Of a stretch of DNA of 64,000 nucleotides, positions 17,763 to 27,439 are shown in pieces (the stretch's first letter is position 1; the number at the start of each line of letters is the position of its first letter). Below the pieces are notes generated by a model. It had not been told where the DNA came from. It was given only the letters and a program-made list of their open reading frames with translations, and ran no database searches. A program made the position numbers and the translations under genes. Location of the stretch: positions 62,001 to 126,000 of IMG/VR virus record IMGVR_UViG_3300042892_005961; one strand, written 5' to 3'.

Positions 17763-18934
17763 ATATATTGGTGGGGGATTACGAAGATATTGATGAGAGA
17801 TATTATTATCAAATTAGAGAACCTAAAGAACGTAAATTTAGTAAAATAAAGAATGTTTTGGGATCTATTGGTATTAATAATGTCGTTGAATGTAATTCTA
17901 TTATAAATAATGATCAGAATTACTATTATTTTATTTATCAATTATCTGACTTGAGGTTTTTAGAACTGCCAACATTTTTAAAACCTGAATTTATTGAATT
18001 AATGAAAAACAATAAAAATTTAAATGTTGTCTTTTTAAATGAACATGAATCTGAATCAGAAGAAAATTATATTTTACTTAGTGAATCGGTAATAAAACAA
18101 GAATTAAATCCTAATCAATTTTATTTTATTAATAATAATTCTAATTTAGACTATTATAAATTAAAAAATAATGGTGTTAATGTTTATTCTTTAAGATTTC
18201 TACCTTCCTATTATTCAAAACACATTTTTAAAAATGATATTGATATTGTAACTGATAAAGAATTTTTATTTATGTGTCATAATAAAAGAATTAAACCTCA
18301 TAGATTTGGAATTCTTTTAGAAATGAAAAAATTAAATATTATTAACAATATCGATTGGTCTTTTCTTTTAAATGATGACCCAAATAGAGATTATTATCAG
18401 TTTTTTAAAAAATTATATAGTGACGATGAAATTACTTCTTTATTATCTCACATAGAATATTTTAATGAATTAGGTATCAAAAAAAGTAAATATGAAAATA
18501 ATCAATTAAATGATAATTTACAAAATGATTTTATTTATACCAAAACATTTGAAAATGCGTATATTAATATCGTAACTGAGACTTATTTTGAGGGTAACCG
18601 TGTTCATATTACTGAAAAGTCTTTTAAGCCGTTTAATTTTTATCAATTACCTATTTTTTTAACAACATATGGTCATGTTAAAAAATTAAAAGAAATATAT
18701 AAATTTGATATGTTTGATGACTTTATTGATCACTCATACGATAATGAAATTGATGATAAAAAAAGATTTAGACTTATTGTACGTGAAATTGAAAAATTAA
18801 ATGGTATGGATGTGAAAAATTTTTACAATAAGAATATTGACAGATTAATACAAAATAAAAAAATAATATCTGAGATATCTAATGATACTTGTGATATTGA
18901 ATACTTTAAAAAATTAACAAAGAGTAATGGATAA
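17747..18934 (+). CDS. GT10-like glycosyltransferase paralog
   Basis: FMCHNKRIKPHR, YINIVTET...HITEKSFKPF...LP, DHSYD. Start placed at MGDFLN by alignment with paralogs. Confidence 0.55.
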   Translation: MGDFLNILVGDYEDIDERYYYQIREPKERKFSKIKNVLGSIGINNVVECNSIINNDQNYYYFIYQLSDLRFLELPTFLKPEFIELMKNNKNLNVVFLNEHESESEENYILLSESVIKQELNPNQFYFINNNSNLDYYKLKNNGVNVYSLRFLPSYYSKHIFKNDIDIVTDKEFLFMCHNKRIKPHRFGILLEMKKLNIINNIDWSFLLNDDPNRDYYQFFKKLYSDDEITSLLSHIEYFNELGIKKSKYENNQLNDNLQNDFIYTKTFENAYINIVTETYFEGNRVHITEKSFKPFNFYQLPIFLTTYGHVKKLKEIYKFDMFDDFIDHSYDNEIDDKKRFRLIVREIEKLNGMDVKNFYNKNIDRLIQNKKIISEISNDTCDIEYFKKLTKSNG

Positions 18935-20165
18935 AATTTTAAACACGGTATATGATTCTTGGGATGGTGATGACATGTTACCCAATTTATGTAATACCAC
19001 TAATAGTAATTCATTTAGAACAGTAAAAGGATTATTTAATTTCTATGAAGTTATTGATCAAGTAAGAAATTGTAAGATTGAAGACGTATACAATAACCCA
19101 AATGAGAAATATTTTTATTTTATTAATCCAGTTGGTAATTCCTTATATTTGTTTCACCAATTTAAAAAAATACCTTTACCTGAAAACGTTGTTGAATGTT
19201 TTATGAAATGTGAGAATTTTAACATAGTAATTATAAATGAACACGAGCCAGAAACTAAAGAATATATAAAATTTATTGATGACGATTGTTTAGATAAGGG
19301 TTATGACAGAAAACGGTTTTATATATTAAATAATAACTCTAGGTTAAGTCAACATAAGCAATCTTTAAATTCTGAACTTAATGTTTATTCAACGGGATTT
19401 TTATTAAAATTTATATCTAAACATTTATGTAAATATGACTCTAAATTTATACCGGAGAAAAACTCTGAATTTTTTATGTGTCATAATCGTAGTCCAAAAA
19501 TACATCGTTATGTTTTTATTTGTTTATTATTAAAAAATGGTTTAATTGACGATGTTGATTGGTCTATGGTCATGGGTTGGTATCGTAAAACGAATAGATA
19601 CGGTGGATTCTATGAAGATTTATTAACAAAATATGAGACGCATTTTGTTTATCAAGAACAAATTGCTTATTTGGAAAATGTTGAGGTTAAACGAAGTAAA
19701 TTTGAGGTAGACAAAGATTGGTTTACGTCTGAGGAAATTTCACCTTCTTTTGAGTGGAATCAGATATATGAATTAAAAACGTATGAAAGTTCATACGTTA
19801 ATATTGTTACAGAATCAAATTTCTTGTTTAATGAAATTCACATTACCGAAAAGACACTAAAACCATTTTATTTCTATCAATTTCCTATTTTCTTATCCTC
19901 AATGAACCACATTAAATACATTAAAGAAATGTATGGTTTTGATATGTTTGACGACATACTTGATCATTCTTATGATAATGAGCCTGATAATAAAAAAAGA
20001 TTATTTATGGTATATGATGAAGTAAAAAGACTTAGTAAAAATAAAGACAAACTTATTGAGTTTTATAAAAATAACGAATCGAGGTTTGAAAAAAATAAAC
20101 AAATTGTTATTAATATTTCTAAATTAAATAAAGACTTAGAATATTTTAATAACATAAACAAATAA
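18927..20165 (+). CDS. GT10-like glycosyltransferase paralog
   Basis: FMCHNRSPKIHR, YVNIVTES...HITEKTLKPF...FP, DHSYDNEP. Confidence 0.55.
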   Translation: MDKILNTVYDSWDGDDMLPNLCNTTNSNSFRTVKGLFNFYEVIDQVRNCKIEDVYNNPNEKYFYFINPVGNSLYLFHQFKKIPLPENVVECFMKCENFNIVIINEHEPETKEYIKFIDDDCLDKGYDRKRFYILNNNSRLSQHKQSLNSELNVYSTGFLLKFISKHLCKYDSKFIPEKNSEFFMCHNRSPKIHRYVFICLLLKNGLIDDVDWSMVMGWYRKTNRYGGFYEDLLTKYETHFVYQEQIAYLENVEVKRSKFEVDKDWFTSEEISPSFEWNQIYELKTYESSYVNIVTESNFLFNEIHITEKTLKPFYFYQFPIFLSSMNHIKYIKEMYGFDMFDDILDHSYDNEPDNKKRLFMVYDEVKRLSKNKDKLIEFYKNNESRFEKNKQIVINISKLNKDLEYFNNINK

Positions 20166-20171
20166 TATATT

Positions 20172-21815
20172 ATGAAAAAAGTATTAATAACGGGGTGTTC
20201 TGGTTTGGTTGGAACCTACTTAATAAAAAAATTTTTAAGGGAACGATACCATGTGATTGGTGTTGACATAAATGAACCCAACATTTCAACCAAAAGATTT
20301 TCATTTGAAAAAATGGATCTTACTAAAGAAGATAATATTAGTAATATATTAAATAAATATTCTCCTGATGTTGTTATTAATGCATTTGGAATAAAGGGTT
20401 CTCCTATTAGAGCTAAAACTAAACCTGTTGATTTCTTATACCCGTCTTTTAAAATTAATACGGAATTGATTCATCAATGTTATAAAAGAGATATATGGTT
20501 AGTTTTTATGAGTTCTGTTGGTGTGTATGCTCCCGCTGAAAAATTTGTAGAGGATGATGTATGGAAAACATTACCATCTGAACATGATTGGTTTCCATCT
20601 TGGTCTAAAAGGACTGGTGAATTGTTATTAGAAGCGTATAAAGTTCAATATGGGTATGATAAATGGTCAATTATAAGACCTGCCAATATATTTGGTGAAT
20701 ATGATGACTTTAGTGGTAATGGTACCGTAATATCAACTACAATTAAGAAAATATGGGAATCTGAAGGGACAATGGAATGTTGGGGAGATGGTAGTCCAAC
20801 TAGAGACTTTGTATTTGGTGATGACGTTGCAGATGCAATATATAAAATGTATGAAAATAAAATTAATGATATTGTAAATTTTGGTTCAGGAGAAGAAATT
20901 ACTATTAAATCGATGATTGATGATTTAGTTAAAATTAGTGGTAAAGATATTACCATCACGTGGGATTCAACTAAACCTAATGGTGATCTTAGAAGACAAA
21001 TGGATGTGACTAAACAAAAATCATATGATTTATTACCTTCTAAACCATTTGTAGATGCTCTTAAAAAAACATACTATTATTACATTTCACAATTCCCAAA
21101 TCCAAATTTAGATTTCAATGTAAGAGATTTTTTATCAAAAGGTTACTATGTTGGTAATAGTGGTAAATTATTTAAAGATGTTAATGATTTTAATCGTAAT
21201 GTTGATTTAGTAATTTCTTCATCTAATGATAAAAGTAATTATTTGTATAGATACGAATATGGTGTTGCTAGTGGTGATGATAACTATAAACGTAGTATTA
21301 CCTTAGATGAAGTTCCGGCCAGAGATGAATTTATTAAAAATAACGACGCATTTGTGATTCAAAAGTGGTGGGAAACTCATAACATATCTAAAGATATGAT
21401 GGACGCTAAAATGTATTTTAGAACCTTAATTGATTCATACATACCAAACATTTATCCTGATTTAAAAGATAATATACTACATCAAGATAATTTTACATTA
21501 TACGAGAATGGTGATTTCATTACTCCTCATCAGGATGGTTATAATGCTGCAAGATATTGTGTTGTTTTAATTTACCTTTCAGATGAAAAAGACTATATTG
21601 ATGGTGGTGGTAAATTAATCATTGATGATGGTGATACTAAAGAAGAAGTATTACCGGTAAAATATAATTTTAGTATATTAGATTTTAGTGAAAACAATGT
21701 TAATCATGCGGTTGAGGTAGTTAAAAATAATTTTAGAAGATTCACTTACATTGATTTTATTTATAATGAAAGTGAATTTAAAACATGGCAAAAAAAAGAA
21801 CAAAATAAAATATGA
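20172..21815 (+). CDS. GDP-fucose-synthase-like SDR fused to a C-terminal 2OG-Fe(II) oxygenase
   Basis: N-half: ITGCSGLVG, SWSKR, RPANIFG, WGDGSPTRDF. C-half: PHQDG (HxD), LIYL, GGGKL, NHAVE, RF. Confidence 0.75.
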   Translation: MKKVLITGCSGLVGTYLIKKFLRERYHVIGVDINEPNISTKRFSFEKMDLTKEDNISNILNKYSPDVVINAFGIKGSPIRAKTKPVDFLYPSFKINTELIHQCYKRDIWLVFMSSVGVYAPAEKFVEDDVWKTLPSEHDWFPSWSKRTGELLLEAYKVQYGYDKWSIIRPANIFGEYDDFSGNGTVISTTIKKIWESEGTMECWGDGSPTRDFVFGDDVADAIYKMYENKINDIVNFGSGEEITIKSMIDDLVKISGKDITITWDSTKPNGDLRRQMDVTKQKSYDLLPSKPFVDALKKTYYYYISQFPNPNLDFNVRDFLSKGYYVGNSGKLFKDVNDFNRNVDLVISSSNDKSNYLYRYEYGVASGDDNYKRSITLDEVPARDEFIKNNDAFVIQKWWETHNISKDMMDAKMYFRTLIDSYIPNIYPDLKDNILHQDNFTLYENGDFITPHQDGYNAARYCVVLIYLSDEKDYIDGGGKLIIDDGDTKEEVLPVKYNFSILDFSENNVNHAVEVVKNNFRRFTYIDFIYNESEFKTWQKKEQNKI

Positions 21816-22792
21816 TGAATAAAAATTCCAAAATATTAATCACTGGTGGTTCGGGATTAGTAGGACAAAATTTAACCGAAAGATTACTTAGAGAAGGATA
21901 TACCAATTTAAGAGTAAACCTACATAAAAGAGGTGTTAGAACTACCCACGATGGTGTTGATTACACATACCATGATTTACAAACTTATGAAGGTTGTTTA
22001 ATGGCAACAAAAGAAGTGGATGTGGTATTTCATGCTGCTGCTTCAACATCTAATGCTGTGGACACTGTAGTTGATCCATTAGCTCATGTTACACCAAATG
22101 TTGCAATGAATAACTTCTTAATTGATTCTAGTTGGAGAAATAAGGTTCAACATTACATCTTCTTATCATCTAATACAGTTTATCCACCAAAAGGAGATGA
22201 ACCCGTTGTTGAGACTGATTTCTTATTTAATGAACCATATCCCGTTTACTTCCCTGTGGGTTGGATGAAGAGATATGCTGAGATTCAATGTGAATTGTAT
22301 GGAAAGTATTTACCTGTTAAAATGAAATGTACTGTCGTTAGACCAGCTAATTTGTTTGGTCCTCATGATAAGTATGATTTCAATAAGTGTCACGTTACTC
22401 CAGCAACCATTCGTAAAGTTGCTGACAGAATGAACCCAATTCCAGTGTGGGGTGATGGTAGTGAATTGAGAGATCTATTGTACATTGAAGATTTTGTTGA
22501 GGCATTACAAGTTATTATGGAAAATGAAACTGAAATGTTTGAAGTATATAATGTTGGTTCTAATAAAGTTTATTCAGTATTGGAAGTATTAGATATAATG
22601 AAAACAATTGCGGAACATGATGCACCAATAGAATTTATTAGTGGAAAACCTTCTATGATACCTACACGTAAAATTGATTCTAATAAAATTAAAGAAAAAT
22701 TAGGTTGGGAATCAAAAACATCTTTGTCGGTAGGTTTGAAGAAAGGTTACGATTGGTATAATGAACATAAAGAAGAATTTAATAAAATTTAA
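21812..22792 (+). CDS. GDP-L-fucose-synthase-like epimerase/reductase
   Basis: ITGGSGLVG, HAAA, GWMKR, RPANLFGPHD, WGDGSELRDLLY. Confidence 0.85.
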   Translation: MMNKNSKILITGGSGLVGQNLTERLLREGYTNLRVNLHKRGVRTTHDGVDYTYHDLQTYEGCLMATKEVDVVFHAAASTSNAVDTVVDPLAHVTPNVAMNNFLIDSSWRNKVQHYIFLSSNTVYPPKGDEPVVETDFLFNEPYPVYFPVGWMKRYAEIQCELYGKYLPVKMKCTVVRPANLFGPHDKYDFNKCHVTPATIRKVADRMNPIPVWGDGSELRDLLYIEDFVEALQVIMENETEMFEVYNVGSNKVYSVLEVLDIMKTIAEHDAPIEFISGKPSMIPTRKIDSNKIKEKLGWESKTSLSVGLKKGYDWYNEHKEEFNKI

Positions 22793-22800
22793 TAAATAAA

Positions 22801-23634
22801 ATGAAAGGATTACTATTTGGGGGTTGTTCATTTACATGGGGTCAGGGGTTATATTTCTATTCGGATTTACCTGGTTTAGTTTACCCCCCAAATGAAACAA
22901 CATATGAAAGACATCATTTAACTGACGCACATTTAAAATTTAAAGATACAATTCGTCATCCAAGATTGATTGCAAATCATTTTAATACATTTGAAGTTGT
23001 AAAAAATCTTAATGGTGGTTCTGAAGATGAAACGTTTGATTTTTTTAACATTATTTTTGACCGTAACACAAAAGGTCGAGAACATTTATCATATGAAAAA
23101 TATTCATATGAAGATATTGATTATATTATAATTCAATTAAGTCAAGTTTCGAGAAATAAATTTTGGTTTACTTTGAATGGTAAAAGACAATTCTGTGGTG
23201 CTTGGGTAGGTGGTGATAACAAGATAAATTTTGGATACAATATTGAAAATTTATTTATATGGATGGAACAAAATAATATGTCTGTTGATGAATGGTTTGA
23301 ATTACATAAAGATTTACAAGTAAAACGTTTAAAAAAAGAATTGATATTTTATGAAGAAAAGGGAATAAAACCAATTATATTTGCTTGGACGGACGAATTA
23401 CTTAGTAGAATTAAAAAAGATGATTATCTTTATAGTAAATTTATTAACATTGAATATAATGGGGAACCGTTTGAGACAATAGAAAATTTACAGAGGAGAC
23501 ATGGTAATATGGAAATCAAAAGTGACTTTAATAACTTCACAAATACCCCTCCGATGGATCACCACCCGTCAAAAGAGTGTCATCAAATATTTGCACAAAA
23601 CATAATAAAAAGAATAGAAAAAGATTTAATATGA
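22801..23634 (+). CDS. SGNH-like protein
   Basis: FGGCSFTWG, NLNGGS, DHHPSKEC. Confidence 0.55.
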   Translation: MKGLLFGGCSFTWGQGLYFYSDLPGLVYPPNETTYERHHLTDAHLKFKDTIRHPRLIANHFNTFEVVKNLNGGSEDETFDFFNIIFDRNTKGREHLSYEKYSYEDIDYIIIQLSQVSRNKFWFTLNGKRQFCGAWVGGDNKINFGYNIENLFIWMEQNNMSVDEWFELHKDLQVKRLKKELIFYEEKGIKPIIFAWTDELLSRIKKDDYLYSKFINIEYNGEPFETIENLQRRHGNMEIKSDFNNFTNTPPMDHHPSKECHQIFAQNIIKRIEKDLI

Positions 23635-24179
23635 GTTCACCACAATACACCCCGTACAAGGACGCACTAACTAATTCAATGACTTACCTTGGTCAACAGG
23701 AAGATACCGTTTTTATAGGTCAACAAGTCCTTTGGCACGGTAATCCTATGAGCACCACAATAGGTGAAGTTCCTAAAGATAAACTAATTGAACTTCCCGT
23801 TATGGAAGAATCTCAAATGGGTATGTCATTAGGAATGGCAATGGCGGGTAAGTTTGTTGTTACATTCTACCCTCGTTGGGATTTTGTGATATGTGCAACA
23901 AATCAATTGGTAAATCATGTTGATAAAATTGGGTTAATGAGTCAAGGTAAATGGAAACCTAATATGATTGTTCGTTTAGGTAAAGGTTCTGATAAACCAT
24001 TAGATCCGGGTCACCAACATAGAGGTAACTATTTTGAAGAATTTAAATCTATGTGTCCTAATACTAAATTTTGGGATTTAAAGAATTATTCAGAGATTGA
24101 ATCAATTTATAAAAACGCATATACTGAAGGTGGTATTCATGTTATAGTTGAATATCCTGAGTTATATTACGAATCATAA
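23631..24179 (+). CDS. TPP-dependent E1-beta/transketolase pyrimidine-binding subunit (short)
   Basis: VFIGQ, ELPVMEESQMGMSLGMA, NQLVNH, GHQH. Start at the ATGA overlap at 23631. Lacks the C-terminal transketolase domain. Confidence 0.8.
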   Translation: MSSPQYTPYKDALTNSMTYLGQQEDTVFIGQQVLWHGNPMSTTIGEVPKDKLIELPVMEESQMGMSLGMAMAGKFVVTFYPRWDFVICATNQLVNHVDKIGLMSQGKWKPNMIVRLGKGSDKPLDPGHQHRGNYFEEFKSMCPNTKFWDLKNYSEIESIYKNAYTEGGIHVIVEYPELYYES

Positions 24180-24204
24180 AAAAAGGGACTTAATGTCCCT
24201 TTTT
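24178..24204. terminator. Bidirectional intrinsic terminator
   Basis: AAAAAAA-GGGAC-TTAAT-GTCCC-TTTTT between convergent genes. Confidence 0.8.
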
Positions 24205-24206
24205 AT

Positions 24207-24638
24207 TTATCCTTCCATTTCTTCATCTTTCTTTGGCCAACTAACTTCCCAATCTTTAAAATCTGCAGCAATACAATCAATTTTATAATCTTTTCTACCA
24301 CCAACAACTTCTTGTATTTTATTCTTTGCAGTATTCCTAATACCATTTAATCCGTGTGTCAATGCCAACATACTTGGTCCTTCTTTTCCACTTCTTACAT
24401 TAGATTCATTATGCCAAATGTGTAAATTCATCTGTGCACATACAATAACAGCTCTTAACATTTCACCAGTAATTACAACATCTTTTTCACTTAATATAAG
24501 TTGTATATCATGTGTAATGTCTGCAATTTCTTGAGCATACTCTTCTTTGTGTTCGGTTATAAAAACCTCTTTTAATTGTACAATTGATAATCTATCAAGT
24601 AATTCCGATAATGTCGGTAAAAATCTTCTTTGTTTCAT
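24207..24638 (-). CDS. Helical hypothetical protein (DUF6165-like N-terminus)
   Basis: PTLSELLDRLSIVQLKE N-terminal helix; a family often found in glycan clusters (from memory). Confidence 0.5.
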   Translation of the reverse strand: MKQRRFLPTLSELLDRLSIVQLKEVFITEHKEEYAQEIADITHDIQLILSEKDVVITGEMLRAVIVCAQMNLHIWHNESNVRSGKEGPSMLALTHGLNGIRNTAKNKIQEVVGGRKDYKIDCIAADFKDWEVSWPKKDEEMEG

Positions 24639-25936
24639 TATATTAATGATTTATATTTTAGTTTATTTGTTTCTTCATTACAATATCTTTTCATTTCTAA
24701 ATACGCATCAGGAAATCTAAATAATTTCTCAATCAATGCATTATAATTATATTCAATCGTATCTTCCATTGATTTAAACCACCCAATTTTATCTTCTATA
24801 TTAACCACCTTTCTAATTGATTCAATTAGATATTGAAGTCTCTCATGTGTTGGTAATGTGTCATATCCTTCATCTATAAAACCATCAAAAGTCTTATATC
24901 CAATTTTTCTCATCATATTAAGACTATCTTTATTACCCATTATCATATATGGGTGTCTACAAGCTAATACTTTAAATGTTTTTTCACTTAAGAACATTGT
25001 TTGATCACTATCACCACAATGTGCTTCACTAATGACCGTAACAAATGTATCCAAACAAATATCATCATTAAAACGATTAATGTAGAAACTATCATCTAAC
25101 TCATTATTAGGTTTTTCATAAACTAATAAAGGTAGTCCTTTAGTAATTTCATTCAATAATTCTTCTTCCATATGTTTCCCTTCCCATTGATACCAATGTT
25201 TTGGAAAATCATTCATACTAACTAATCCGTCTTTTAATAAACCAGAATGATAAAGATAATTGTAGAACCAAACTCTCTGTGGTCTAATTCTTTTATTTAA
25301 ACACGCAAACGATTTTAATTTTTCAGGATGTGTAAGTTTATAATTAATATGATCTTGAAATGTTGGTAACGGATGTGCTTTCTCACCTTTAGATCGACCA
25401 TAACAAGTCATACCCATATCTAATTCAAAATGTGGGTATGGTATAACCTTTAATTTTTCAATTATATTATTATCTTCACACCATTTATCATAAACCACAT
25501 CTGCAATCATATTACCTGTTACATATATGATACGTTTTGGTGATACATCCCACTCTTGACATTGTTTATGAAAATAATCCCACAGCCATGATGTTTGATA
25601 ACCTTCTAAACTTTGATCTAACATTAAGAATGCTTTTTTATCTCTTAAATCTTTTAAGTATTTTTCATTAAGATGAAAAAAGAAACTTTTGACTCTTGGG
25701 TTATAACCTGTCCAATCATCGGGACTATGATTTACCGAAACTGGTATAATATATCCGTTTTTTTCGTCACTAGCGGGATAATATTGTAATTCACTATGTT
25801 TGTCATGTGCTTGAACGTATATCTGTGTTGCAGTTAATAATGCTGAAATACCAAACCTACCAATACCAGATGGATTAATATCATTACATGATGTAAAATT
25901 TGCTAACTTTTCTGTGTCCTCAAATAAGAAATCCAT
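24638..25936 (-). CDS. GT10-like glycosyltransferase paralog
   Basis: FACLNKRIRPQR, TVISEA...FLSEKTFKVL...HPY, DEGYD. Confidence 0.55.
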   Translation of the reverse strand: MDFLFEDTEKLANFTSCNDINPSGIGRFGISALLTATQIYVQAHDKHSELQYYPASDEKNGYIIPVSVNHSPDDWTGYNPRVKSFFFHLNEKYLKDLRDKKAFLMLDQSLEGYQTSWLWDYFHKQCQEWDVSPKRIIYVTGNMIADVVYDKWCEDNNIIEKLKVIPYPHFELDMGMTCYGRSKGEKAHPLPTFQDHINYKLTHPEKLKSFACLNKRIRPQRVWFYNYLYHSGLLKDGLVSMNDFPKHWYQWEGKHMEEELLNEITKGLPLLVYEKPNNELDDSFYINRFNDDICLDTFVTVISEAHCGDSDQTMFLSEKTFKVLACRHPYMIMGNKDSLNMMRKIGYKTFDGFIDEGYDTLPTHERLQYLIESIRKVVNIEDKIGWFKSMEDTIEYNYNALIEKLFRFPDAYLEMKRYCNEETNKLKYKSLI

Positions 25937-25938
25937 TA

Positions 25939-27393
25939 TTAAATTGGTTTATTATAATTTTCTTTATCTGAAACATATACACCTGGCTCAAAATGAGTTA
26001 TTCTACCATCAGTCATTGCCACATACGGAATTGTATTATCAATTACTAATGAATTGTACCAATCTTCCAATTCAGGGAACGTCTCAACAAAATTCTTATT
26101 TCTACGAATATCATATTGAACATAAAAACTTTTAAAATCATGATATTGCATTGACATATCCATTTCACTTGTATTATGACCTCTATTAACAACTTCGATA
26201 TAATCAATTAATCTTTGAATTTGTGCTCCTTCATTCATATTAATTAATGGATTCTTTTTATGTTTTCTCCACCACATTGATAACTTACCATGTAAATCAT
26301 GCTTGACGTCATCTGGTAATGTAAGTGGTGACATAAATGCTGGCCATCTTAATATGTTAAAATCTACAACTGGTTTATGTGTTCCGTATTTTTCTTTTAA
26401 TTTCAACATATCATCTAAAAATTCGGTAATGCTAAATAAACACAAACTATTAATTGTCATCATGATAACAACTTGTCTAATTTTAGCACTCTCAATTACT
26501 TTAACTAAATTACTTCTCCATAGTTCATAATTTAATCCATCTCTAATATATTCCGCTTGCTCACCATAAGCTTCACAACTTGTATACAAATCGAATTCTT
26601 TGATATCTAATTCGTGAGATATACTAATTAACCTATTCACAGTCGTTTCGTTAAGACCTAGGTTAGAATTGACTGCAAGTCGTAAATTAGGGGATGGGTA
26701 TTGTTTCATTATATCCATGAACTGCCAAAAATTACGTGACTGTGATGGTTCTCCACCAGTTATACGTATTTCCATTAATTTTTGAGACAATTCAGGCCAC
26801 CATTTTAAGAAAGCATCCACATATGGATTGTTTTCATTGTATTTACCATAAATCTCTGACCAAGAACCATCTGCGTAATATGCACCTGCACTTGTGGTTT
26901 TAAAATTTTGATATGGTCCGTTATCTCTAATATCTTTACCCCATGTTGTTGAGTATCCTGAATTACAATATGAACATGCAAAATTACATGTTCTATCAAA
27001 ACTAACCTCCATAGTTTGAGGTATAATGTCAGCATCCCAAGGTAATTCATTTAACGCCGCAATATCTTCAGGACTATATATTTGACTTTTATATACCCTA
27101 TCGGAAATATTATTTCTACCAATATCCTCAATCTTCCAACAGTAAGAACATTCCGCCGGTTTAACACCCTCTAACATCATTTTACGGATTTCCTTTTTGA
27201 AATCGGTATTATGTAATGCTGCAGGGTTGGTTTTAATTGCTTCAACATCTATTGGATGTGGTAATGGTAGGTGACATGAATTTGTAAACCCATGACCTAA
27301 ATGTAAACTTACGTTTAACCATTTAGCAGCACAAAAACTACAACTTACTTTATTTAAATGTTCATCTCTCCAATCACTTAAGTGTTCTGACAT
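25939..27393 (-). CDS. Radical SAM enzyme with an extra N-terminal Cys cluster
   Basis: CNFACSYC, ITGGEP, NSN; N-terminal CAAKW...SCH and CSYCW. Confidence 0.85.
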   Translation of the reverse strand: MSEHLSDWRDEHLNKVSCSFCAAKWLNVSLHLGHGFTNSCHLPLPHPIDVEAIKTNPAALHNTDFKKEIRKMMLEGVKPAECSYCWKIEDIGRNNISDRVYKSQIYSPEDIAALNELPWDADIIPQTMEVSFDRTCNFACSYCNSGYSTTWGKDIRDNGPYQNFKTTSAGAYYADGSWSEIYGKYNENNPYVDAFLKWWPELSQKLMEIRITGGEPSQSRNFWQFMDIMKQYPSPNLRLAVNSNLGLNETTVNRLISISHELDIKEFDLYTSCEAYGEQAEYIRDGLNYELWRSNLVKVIESAKIRQVVIMMTINSLCLFSITEFLDDMLKLKEKYGTHKPVVDFNILRWPAFMSPLTLPDDVKHDLHGKLSMWWRKHKKNPLINMNEGAQIQRLIDYIEVVNRGHNTSEMDMSMQYHDFKSFYVQYDIRRNKNFVETFPELEDWYNSLVIDNTIPYVAMTDGRITHFEPGVYVSDKENYNKPI

Positions 27394-27439
27394 ATTGGTG
27401 TTTTTTTTATAATATAAACTTTATTATTGACATATGAAA

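Noticed and set aside
17127-24179. Pyruvate dehydrogenase as an auxiliary metabolic gene
   Set aside because: Both subunits are truncated, there is no E2/E3, and they are embedded among nucleotide-sugar genes.
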